Part shown: in pieces, positions 53,261 to 64,000 of the stretch
How positions within the stretch are numbered: the stretch's first letter is position 1
How the letters are laid out: each line of letters starts with the position of its first letter
Assembly: GCA_951406725.2 (NCBI GenBank)
Contig: OX597815.1
Coordinates: 88,784,001-88,848,000 of the forward strand
Reading direction: 5' to 3'
Length of the DNA: 64,000 bases
DNA from: Octopus vulgaris
Taxonomy: Eukaryota
Made by a program: the position numbers and the translations under genes
The notes under the pieces: generated by a model
What the model was told of the DNA's origin: nothing
Databases searched by the model: none
What the model saw: only the letters and a program-made list of their open reading frames with translations

Positions 53261-54919
53261 AATTGCAGTTTAGAGCCTTTTATGCTGTTGATATGGGCAT
53301 ACAAAGAGCATGTCTTTTCTCAAGGCTTTGTGTTCAAGAAAAAGAAGAAATTATTGCTTTTCCCCTTTTCTCGCTGCCAGTCAAAGTTTTCATTATCCTT
53401 TGATGCAGTTTTGTTGGTGAATATGGGAAGACTACAAAGAAGATCAAATCCATTTTCCTATTCATATAGTTAACCCACCGTATCCAGTAAAATTGGTAAA
53501 TATACACTGCAGCATCCGATAAAATTACAGAAGACAATTTTTTCTTATTTCAGAATATGTTATGAGTATTTTTAGAAGTGTAGGGGAGACTGGGGCACTC
53601 CCTATGAAAATTATATTAAATTAAATTAAACAAAAAAATCAGAACTGAGTTGTGATCATGTAAAAACTGAATGCTACATGACAATGCCTGTCATCATCTT
53701 TCTTAACATAACTTTCTTTAATGAGGCGCGAAACCCAACACTTTTCCAGCTCGTAGAGTATTATCGATTGGATCGACTCCATGGTTAATCACTACCAGTT
53801 AAACGACTCAGAAATTATATAAAGTTAATTCTGCTGCAATTTAAACTTCAGAAGTTTATAAAGTATCTATAAAGAATCTAGCCTAGTAATTCTGAAAAAT
53901 CATAACTGTCGCTATTATTATGTCGTACTAACCTTTCTTTGAAAGGAGGCAAGAAAGTTTTGCAGGGAAGGTGGTAGCGGCTATTGAATGAGCTCCATTA
54001 TACAACATATAATTATTCTCTCGACCATGATGAGCTTCAAAAGAGTAGTCAACACCAGCAGAGATATCATCTTAGAAGAAATTCAATGTACAATATAAAT
54101 ACATTAAGAATCAGCAAGCTACTGTCTTGGTATTCTCACCGATCTTTAAATGCAAACAATGCAGTCATTGTTTCCAGTAAAATATTTTTATTTGGATGGG
54201 TTTTCGTCAGATTTTCCGCTGTCAGCAAATCAAATGATACATTTGAAAGCACGAATCAACCACATCTGCAGTTCAGAAATATGAACTATATTACTACATT
54301 TTACTCATTTAGATAATTTTACAAATGCTTTGCATGCAGTTTATTAACTTTAAATAACGTTTTAGACAAGAGTCACTTATTAGTAATTTGCAACATTTCT
54401 CCTACCGCTCTACGATTCTTTTGTCTCTCATTCCTTTCTACTGTCACTCTTCCTTTCAATTAATCTCTATTATCGAAAGTTTAACTAAATTTCCCACAAA
54501 AAGATTAATGATCTTCATTATACGAACTTGTTGAATTGTGTTGTACTTATTCGTGACTACTTATTTGTGTCGTCTATTTACGCATTATATTGAAATAAAA
54601 TAGCAGAATACTACGTAGAGGAGATTTGTTATTTAGATAATGACTACTATTGAATGATTCGCTACCAAAATATATCGTTACAAAAATACTATACCTAAAT
54701 AAATATTTGCATTTATAAAAGATATACTATACCAAAATAAGATTTTAACTACTTTAAGGATAATTACATGAAATCATGAAAAGCACAATTCTACCTATAA
54801 GTATTGATTGCACATTGTATTTGTAGGGATAGTCTCGGTTGTTTATCATGTGTTCATTAGTGCTTATCTGTTTGCTGTTTTATTAAATTAATACAACTTT
54901 ACAGAAGAAATATCCTTAA

Positions 54920-56125
54920 TTATCACCTTTGGTAGTAATTACAGCTGGAATTCTACGAGGTACGAACTCGTACAAAGTTTGAATTGTTTCCAAAGGAATT
55001 TTTGTCCATTCTTCAGCTAAAACCGTCTCCGGTTCTTGTAGTGATGATGGTGGAGGATATCGACCTCTTCACTTGTGTTTCTAGAATGCATCATAAATGT
55101 TCAATAATATTGAGATCTGGGGACTGTGGTGGCCAGATAAGATGTTCAACTTCCGCTAGAATGTTCTTCGTGCCATTCAGTAACAACTTTAGCTGTGTAA
55201 ATTGGTGCATTGTCACTGAAAGATTGCGTTTCCCTCTGGAATCAGTTCTGCAACCATAGGATGAATTTGATTAGATAAAATGCTTTAGTAGTCTTGACAA
55301 TTAATTCTACTTTGAAGGGAAACCATTGGGCCAGCGGATTTCCAAGATATAGCCCCCCCCCCCCCCGCGATCATCACAGATCCTCCTCCATGTTTAACAG
55401 TCTGAGGCAGTCTGGGTCAAATGCTTCTTTTGGCTGTCTCCACACGTATACCTGGCCGGTGGTTGGAAATAAGGTAATGGATGACTCGTCCAAGAAAATA
55501 ACATTCTTCCACTACTCTAGAGGCCAATTCTGTAGGTTTTTACTCTACTCTAGACGCTTTGAGACGTTTGATTTTGAAAGTAGCGGTTTTCTGATTGCAG
55601 CCCTCCCGCGAAATCCGACTTTGTGCAGCTCCCGGTAAACAGTTTATGTGAAAATTGGTTTCTCGAGGTCACCATCAATCTCTGCAGTAATTTTGGGAGT
55701 TGAACTTTTGTGATCCTTTCTAACAATTCGCGTAAGAGTCCGACAGTTCCTATCTCAAAGTTTTGGTTTTCTTCCGGAGTTTTGTTTCAACGAGGGGTTT
55801 TTTCGCTGTTTCTCAAAGGCTGCCATTACTATCGAGACAGTACTTCTTGATACACCAAACATTTCGGGTGTTTTCGTTACGCTAGTGCCTGCCATACGGG
55901 CACCAACAATTTGACGTCTTTGAAAGTCCGATAGATCTGTCATTTTAATGAATTTTAATTACACATTTTTCTTATGATAACTGAAAAGAAACAGCAATTT
56001 TAGCAAAACATATTAAGTAACACTAATAATAAATAAAAAAAACATAAAAATAAACACGTTTTTGACTGTTTTATAGATATTTCAAATTATGATGCTAGGT
56101 GTTTCCAATATTTTGTCCAACCAAT
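54920..56125 (-). mobile_element. Tc1-like transposon with DD36E spacing (Incomer-like), degenerate
   Basis: MTDLSDFQRRQIVGARMAGTSVTKT...NSGRKPKL; DESS; DNAPIYTAKVVTEWHEEHSS(+1 nt)EVEHLIWPPQSPDLNIIE. 5' TIR GGTTGGACAAAATATTGGAAACACC. Confidence 0.85.
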
Positions 56126-57212
56126 ATATACATATATATATATATATATCCTTTGAAAACTTTTCCGAAACATGCACAACTGAAGAAGGGGAATATTCCT
56201 TGTGTTGTATGTCTTGTAATGTTTTTTCGTTTTTGAAAAAAAGTTCGTTTCCATGTTGCTGTTTTTATGTTTTCGTTTCTCATTGTGTTCAACGTTTTCT
56301 TATGTCCTGTACTTATATATGCATGCATATATACATATATACATATTCCATATTGAAAATAATGCATCATGAAGTTAAATCCCATTCTCAGAAAACAAAC
56401 CTGTGCCACAAATGAATTAAAGTGATGAACCGAAACTGTGTTTGACAATTAAAATTTTCAAGGCTACTTATTTACATAAATGTATAAAAAGCGAAGCGTA
56501 TTAGAAAAATAAAAATTTAAAATATAAGTTAACCAAGCTAAAAGACGCAATAATCAGGCTTAATCCAGTGAACCTAAAGATTTCTAGCCGTAATTCTCCT
56601 GAACTATTTTCTGGCAGTATGTACGAAATTACCATATAAACGTCAGACTTTATTTTTTTAAACGGTGGGATGTAATTACAAGAGAGATTTTTGGCCGTTT
56701 TTTTTTTAAGAATGTCGGACTACGTACACGTTCCCTTGTTGTCTCGAATTATGTGGAGAGGAATTCATCATTGGTGTGCCAGTGATACATTAATTAGAAA
56801 ATTTTTTAATCAAATTAACGCAATCATATTTCATTATTTATTAACAGCAATCAGTTATATGAGAACTAAAATAAATATTAAATTTAAGTTGCTAAGTAGA
56901 ATTTCAATTTTTATTGTTAAAGTTGAAAGCTTGTAAGAACATATTAAAGCAATTTATTTAGAATATAAGTCAGCAAAATATACATGTCTCAGCTAGCTGA
57001 GTTATCTCTTAAATTCTTATCTAATTTTACTGTCCTCTTATAGATTACTGGATTTTCAACTAATATTCTGCTTGAAATTCAGAACTCTATAAGCTGTGGA
57101 AGAAATTGGCAGAATATACAACCTTATGTTTAGATCATTTTGCTCAATTTTTTGAAAATTTTTATTTCAAGACTATCATATGTAATGAAATTTAATATTT
57201 GTACTATTTAAT

Positions 57213-57560
57213 GCGGGGAGCTGGCAGAATTGTTAACATACCGGAGAAAATGCTTAGCGGCATTTTGTCCATATTTACGTTTTGAGTTCAAATTCCGCCG
57301 CGGCTGGCTTTGCCTTTCATCCTTCGGGCTTGAGCACTGGGGTCGATGTGATCGGCTTACCCCTCTCCAGAGATTTCTGGCCTTTTGCCAAAATTTGAAA
57401 TTAAAATTTTAACGACTTAAGGCGGGTGGGAGGGTGGCAGTACTGTTAGCACTCCGGGTAAAATTCTTGGTGGAATTTCGTTTGTTTTTTCGTTCTTAGT
57501 TCAAATTCTGCCGAGGTCAACTTTGCCTTTCGAGGTCGATCAAATAAACATCAGTTGATA
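57213..57560 (+). mobile_element. Two adjacent degenerate SINE family B copies
   Basis: Heads GCGGGGAGCTGGCAGAATTGTTA and GAGGGTGGCAGTACTGTTAGC, each with GTTCAAATTC.GCCG and GCCTTTC. Confidence 0.8.
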
Positions 57561-59345
57561 AAGACGCTAAAGATATTATTTAGGTTTTATATTGATTGAA
57601 GAAGTTTGCACTTAATGAAAAGGTTGATGTCTAGGCAAATCATTCTCTCTCTCAGTCCCTAGTATTCAACCTTACTATTAAGTATAAACTTATACAAAGA
57701 GAGGAAAAGAGGGAGAGAGAGAGAGAGAGAGAGAGAGTCAGTTAGCACATTTCTTTTGGATTTCAAATTCAGGTTTACGAAAAATATCTATTAATTTGAC
57801 AACGTACCCTTGATGTTGGAATGCCTTACCATACTCGTGAAATCAACACCATTAATGTTTACATTAAGGTATGTATGAGTAACGTGTACTGGAAAGTAAT
57901 TTGAAGTGATGTAACTCTGAAGAATGATATATTAAGTATTTTCCACGGGACCAAGGAGCGATATAGTAATTATAAGAGGAGAGAAAAATACATAAAATGA
58001 GATTGAAAGGACGAGTTAGGTTAACAAAAATGAAAGGGAGCAGGCATAACAGATGAAGTTAGAGGAATGGAGAAGAAAAATATCGTAGACTTAAAGGAAA
58101 TGAGCATTTTGGAGCAGATTTTATGCATGTTGGAATACAGGGTATATCTAAGGCAGAGAAAAAATAGGTTAATAACTGCTAATTAAAGATTTCGTCTGAA
58201 ATAGGATCAAATGATTTTGTGTTGGAAGGAGGAGGGCAAACGTTTCCAGATTATATTGAAATTTATGAGTGTTGGATTGAAGAAGTTAAATAGACTAATA
58301 ATGATAAATGAAATTCTGGCACTTTGATGGTGACCTTATAAGGAGTTTGCTCGATTTAGAGTATTATGTAATGTTTCTACTTTTATAAGGACGTCGGTTA
58401 TTAACTATTACAAATGATACAACCACAACATCTACATTCCTCAACATAATTTCTTTGTTCAACTGCTAATCTACCAGTGTACCAGGAAACGGATTCCATG
58501 CAGATTCAAATTAACTACCAATATTTTACGGGCGTGGAATAACAAAATGGGATCATTACACACTCATCTGTTTTATAAGTTGTTGTGCATTTACAAAATG
58601 GTATTGAAAAAAGAGAGCACTAAACTCCAGCCAATGATTTATCATTGTGTTTGCAGGCTGGAATAAACTAAGTATCGAAAAGATATGAACCGTTCCGAAT
58701 TGTTCAATATGATCAGTATTGATAGTGTGTAGAGAAGAAAATAAATATATCTCTTAGAATATGTGAATGCCTCACAACGTATTTATTGCAATCTACCTTT
58801 AATAATCACTCTTTAAATAATCTTCGTTACAAATTGTGTTTACTGAAGAAATTGCCATTTCCCACATGAATGCACAACAGGTCACCGATCAGTATTAATC
58901 ATCATGTTGGTTGCTATTAACAACATTTAGGAGACACGTAAGGGTGCTAAAGTGACTCTCATTTGATTCTCACCATCAGCTATTCAAGCATCCAATAGCG
59001 TTTACAAATACAAATGACTTTGGATTTACGAGAACCGGTAACGAATACAAGAGATTAACCCTGTTATTAAGGTTAAGGTTAAGACGGCAATGCTGTCTTA
59101 CTTAAGATACCGGCTTTGAAATCTGCTCCGGTCGAACGAACCGTTTAATTTCCGGTTGAGATCTTCAGAATTATTAATCGAAATTTCAAAAGTGGATGAG
59201 TTAAATATCAGCTTCAAGTAATATTTCTTATTTCCAGTTGATTTTAAGGTCGTGATATCAAAACTATTATTGCTCTTGACAGGTAAATGCAAAGATCAAG
59301 AGTGTAAAAGCCACTATTATTGCAAGCGTTCTTGTCTCAAAAGTT

Positions 59346-59435
<90 letters not shown>

Positions 59436-59445
59436 ACACACACAC

Positions 59446-59482
<37 letters not shown>

Positions 59483-60514
59483 AAGATACACGCTTACATG
59501 CGTGTATACAGAGATACATTATGTGTGCGTGTGTGAGTGTGTGCACCGCACAAATACATTAGCCAAAGAGAGATTGCAATTATGTGAGAAATAGCTGCTG
59601 ACATTAAGACCTGAACTGAAGCACATCATCTATCTCAATGACGTAAATAATTGATCTAAACACAAGCATGCATTCACGTAAACAGACTTTATACGTGTAC
59701 AGATACACATGAGTATTGTCAATCATACAAAGACTATGTACACAGGCATCCCCACTCATTTTCACGTACATATTGTTGTAAATATTTGTTGTCGTCAACT
59801 TCGTTTCTAGAAGAAAGCTTCAATGTTTCAATGAGTGCTTCTCATTTCCTTGAAAATAGACACAGACTCCATTCTGTTAAATGGGAATGACGCATTATAA
59901 CTGAGGACCAGATTAAATACAGTATATTATCAGAGTTTTGTAATATGGTAACTGATAATACACATAAATATAATCAAATTTTAAATAACTTTCTTTCTGA
60001 TTGATTATTCTTAATTAACGGTATCCAACAGTGAGTAATGAGTATAGTTGATTTTAAAGGCAGAGAGATTGGTAAATGTGACATTACATTCTTTCCCAAA
60101 TGAATTATTGGCGAACATGATATGAAACAGAGACAACTCGATATCGAAACCGGGCCGCAGACACGAAGATTTATATATTTACTCTACTGCGTCTGTCATA
60201 AAAGTAAATCCAGACAGCACATGATTCAGATAAAACACTGCACGTCTGTAAATTGTATTAACTTGGCTTGATATTTGTTTTCCCACATAGAACGAGAATA
60301 AGTGTTTGGAACGTGATATGATTACATCATATATATTTCATTCATACATACGCGCATACATTCATACACACACATGTATACATCTTGTATGTGTGATACA
60401 TATGTACATACATATATTTGTAAATTAATTGTCTATATATAATTTTGTGAATGTATATGTAAATTTATGTATATGTGTGTGTATTTATGTATACGCATGC
60501 ACATATATATATGT

Positions 60515-61300
60515 AGTTGAAATTTACAAGAAAAAAGACGAAGACAGGTGTATGAACAACAAGCAGGCGTATTAGTTTGACGTTCGGGAAAGTGAAAAAA
60601 GTATTTTACGTTTCGAGCATATGCTCTCCAACAGAAAAGGAATATGAGAAAATAAACTGAGAGAACAAAAACAAATTGTGGATTTAGTAAACAAGGATGA
60701 CGAGGGGTTGGAAAAATATGGTTTGACAGTAGAGGTTGAAAGAAGTGGCTTTGATGTGTGTGGATGTGTGCGTGTGTGTGTACATCTGTAACCTGTAGGT
60801 ATGGGATGCTGTGTGAATGTGCGGATGATGGTGTGGTGATGTGGGTGCTAGGGAATGGTGAGTGTTAGTACGTGTGGAGTGATGTGGGGCGGTGTGATGT
60901 GGTGTGGTAGTGTGGTGGTGTGGGGTGCGAGGGTGGTGTGTGTGTGTTGGAATGTGGGGTAGGGGTGGGTGGAATAGGGATGAGTGTGTGTGGGGGTGTT
61001 TGAAGTGGGGATGTGGGTCTATGAGGTAGAGATGTGGGTGTGTGAGGTGGGGATGTGAGTAAGGGGTAGAGGTGTGAGTGTAGGATGGGTGTGTGTTGGG
61101 CGGAGTGGTATCAAAGAAGAGAGAACGAGGTAGGGGTGAAGAGAGGACGTAGGTGTCAGACGAAGAGAGGAGAGGTACGTGGAAGTGAAGAGAGGAGGGA
61201 TGTTGAGCCCATATGGCGCAAAGGAGCGATGACAGAAGATTAATTCCTCTTCACGGCGAAGGTGGGAGTCCGGATGCCTCCTGTGTAAAGACAATCCGAA
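60515..61300 (-). mobile_element. 3' end of a Penelope-like element (GIY-YIG C-terminus, CA-rich 3' UTR, pseudo-LTR with HHR variant)
   Basis: VFGLSLHRRHPDSHLRREEELIFCHRSFAPYGLN matches the PLE endonuclease terminal LIF.L.T..P.GLN motif. TTTT-CTGTTGG-A-GAGC atat GCTC-GAAA-CGTA-AAA at 60604-60638. Confidence 0.8.
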
Positions 61301-61608
61301 CACGCACGCACACACACACATGCATATATTTGTATGTGTGTGTATCTACAAAATCAAAGATGGGTTGTGATATTCATAAAACGTATAATAATTAAGAATT
61401 ATATAAATCTTGTAAACTGTATTGCTCAGAAAAATGAGTCAAATATTCGATTAAATATTGTGGTATGAAAATTTTCTTCAAGCAACTGCGACATACAACT
61501 CAAAAACAAAGGTGCATAGTGTTCTAAGGAAAAAAGAAACGCTTCTATATATAACCTTACATACACACATACATATATGCATTCCACCCAACATATCTAA
61601 TTCTCTTC

Positions 61609-61713
<105 letters not shown>

Positions 61714-61767
61714 GTGCACACGTATATGTTTATATGTTTATATTTGTGTGTGGGTGTTAAGTTCTCT

Positions 61768-61810
<43 letters not shown>

Positions 61811-61857
61811 GTATATATAATATTTATATGCGCATATATATATATATGATATTTATA

Positions 61858-61909
<52 letters not shown>

Positions 61910-62788
61910 TACATACATATATATATATATATTATTTAATTGAACGCCACGTATCCATTCCAAGTACATATACATATATATAGTGCATGTGTGAGAGAGG
62001 GAAAGAGAGCGAGTGAAGATCGCGCGAGAGTAAGATAAAGATGAAGTAGGATGGAAAAGAAAATATTTCATACTACTTCGCATAATTGCCTATTATTTTC
62101 AAACTATTCTTAAGAAATTTAGCACACGGACATCCTCTTTGTAAACGCCAAACAATACAGCACAAAAATATAAAACAAAGCCCTCAAAAAACTATATTAG
62201 AGGAAAATGTTAGTGTCTGTTACATAAATCCTAGAAAATTGGATGGTTGAGAATAAATGATTGAGAGATAAAATTGTTTATGTTAATTACGAATAAATTC
62301 TCAGGATAATTGGTTATTGTGTCAGTTAGGGAATGTGCAATTTAACCATTGGGAAAATACATTAATTGGCAACAGATCGAAGCGTGGTGTGTTTGAATAA
62401 ACAGAAGACGACCAATGAACTAATATTTCGAATTGTTAGAACCACTGATCCGTAAAACTGCCCATTGTTTCGAAAATTAGCCGATTCAATGAAGATAGAT
62501 TGATCCAACATCATGATTAATAAACGTTTAAAAGTTATTGGAAAGTTTTCGAGAATACTTTACGAGCGCTGTTGAAAAGTTTTAATGGCATTAATGGAAA
62601 GTTTTAATTACCATTCTATTAACGTTTAATAAACTAAGGAATGGAAGCAAAATGTGGTGAAGTATTATTCTATATATTGAATGAGTTAATCGAGAAATAT
62701 ATAAATTCTGTATTGCATTTATACAAACATATATCAATTCCTAGAAACACCACACAAATGCACGCAATAGTGTACACACACATACACT

Positions 62789-62819
<31 letters not shown>

Positions 62820-63426
62820 GCACACACACCCACACACACGCACGCACACACACAAACAAACACATACACACACACACTGTCTCTCATACAATTGCTGGGT
62901 TTCGACGATCGGACAATACACATAACTTTCCAAACCAGTAAGCATATTGTTGTCAGGAAAGATATGATATGAGAAGGAACAAAATTCTAAAAGATGTTCT
63001 GGGAAGAGAAAAAAATATAGAAACATTGGTTAATGCGTGGCTTGGACATAACATGGGTGATGAGTAGAGGAGAGACGAGTGTGCCAGGATGGTGAAGGTA
63101 AGGGACCAACCAGTTCTGTGGGACGGGGGGTGGGGTGCCATTACAGAAGGCAGTAAAAACGACAGAGCGAGAAGAAAACACGCCCGAGTAAGAGACTGGA
63201 GTGTGTTCAGCGACTGGCTGTTGCATGCAGGTTTAGGATGTCCCTTTGTGTAGCAGCAGCTCTTTCTCAAATTTGGAGTGTTGTGTTCCGTTTCAGGCCT
63301 TGTTGAATGCTGGCAGCTTATATAGGTTGAACAATTTTGAGGTTGTTAATAAAGGAACCAGTCTTTGGGATGTGCCCTCTGCAATGATAAGCGTGTGCTT
63401 TCCCCAGAAGAGATATTAGATATTAG

Positions 63427-63657
63427 GGCGGCGAGTTGGCAGAAACGTTAGCACGCCGGGCGAAATGCTTAGCGATATTTCGTCTGCCGTTATGTTCTGG
63501 GTTCAAATTCCGCCGAGGTTGACTTTACCTTTCCTCCTTTCGGGGTCGATTAAATAAGTACCAGTTACGCACTGGGGTCGATATAATCGACCTAATCCAT
63601 TTGACTATCCTTGTTTGTCCCCTCTGTGTGTAGCCCCTTGTGGGTAGTAAAGAAATA
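63427..63657 (+). mobile_element. SINE family B, full length, young
   Basis: Complete head, core and tail. Perfect 16-bp TSD AGAAGAGATATTAGAT (63406-63421 and 63658-63673). Confidence 0.92.
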
Positions 63658-63929
63658 AGAAGAGATATTAGATGATTGAGAAGCCCGGTTTGCGACGCGA
63701 CAGTCAGGGCGGCTCGTGTTTAGAGAGAGTATGGTTCGGTGAGGTTTTCTCAGTATAAGTAGAGCTTGATTTACTTTGTGTCACAAGATTGACATGGCTC
63801 CACTGAAGCATATTTCAAGGTCTCCGTTTATAAAATCCATGCAACTTTATCGTGTAGTGTTTAGGTTACGTAGGGATAATGCAGAGTAGAGGGAAGTTAT
63901 GAATGAATGTCGATCGTATCATCGCATAA

Positions 63930-63995
63930 GCGGAGTGACTCCAGAGTCTTGTGGTTTGGAAGCAGACTTTTTACTACACAATCACCCCTGAGCCT
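63930..63995 (-). mobile_element. SINE family A head, degenerate
   Basis: Minus strand GGGGTGATTGTGTAGTAAAAAGTCTGCTTCCAAACCACA. Confidence 0.5.
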
Positions 63996-64000
63996 ATCCA

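Noticed and set aside
62940-63900. Possible Penelope N-terminal relic around the SINE
   Set aside because: Only vague similarity and no diagnostic motif; left unannotated.

Overview
This is AT-rich, microsatellite-dense eukaryotic DNA with no convincing host protein-coding gene, so it is probably intergenic or inside a large intron. The repeat content (tRNA-derived SINE families with Nin/Deu-like cores, abundant (TA)n/(CA)n/(TCTA)n) suggests a cephalopod, most likely Octopus; this is an inference. Nearly all ORFs in the supplied track are microsatellite artefacts or transposon fragments. Recognisable elements include a young 5'-truncated CR1-type LINE, two copies of one IR/DR Tc1 (DD34E) family, a mariner, a DD36E Incomer-like Tc1, a DD41D-like relic, an RTE relic, Penelope-like (PLE) fragments, hAT and piggyBac MITEs, a solo LTR and many SINEs. 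The most striking signal is a set of about ten minimal type-I hammerhead ribozyme (HHR) motifs from several unrelated short non-coding families. These mostly sit in or beside (TA)n tracts and carry PLE-style inverted terminal repeats. One (17333-17770) joins a tRNA-derived Pol III head, an intact hammerhead core, an inverted PLE-like tail and a target-site duplication (TSD). It is a candidate Penelope-mobilised, ribozyme-bearing SINE/retrozyme. All structures were read by eye; nothing was folded or searched computationally.
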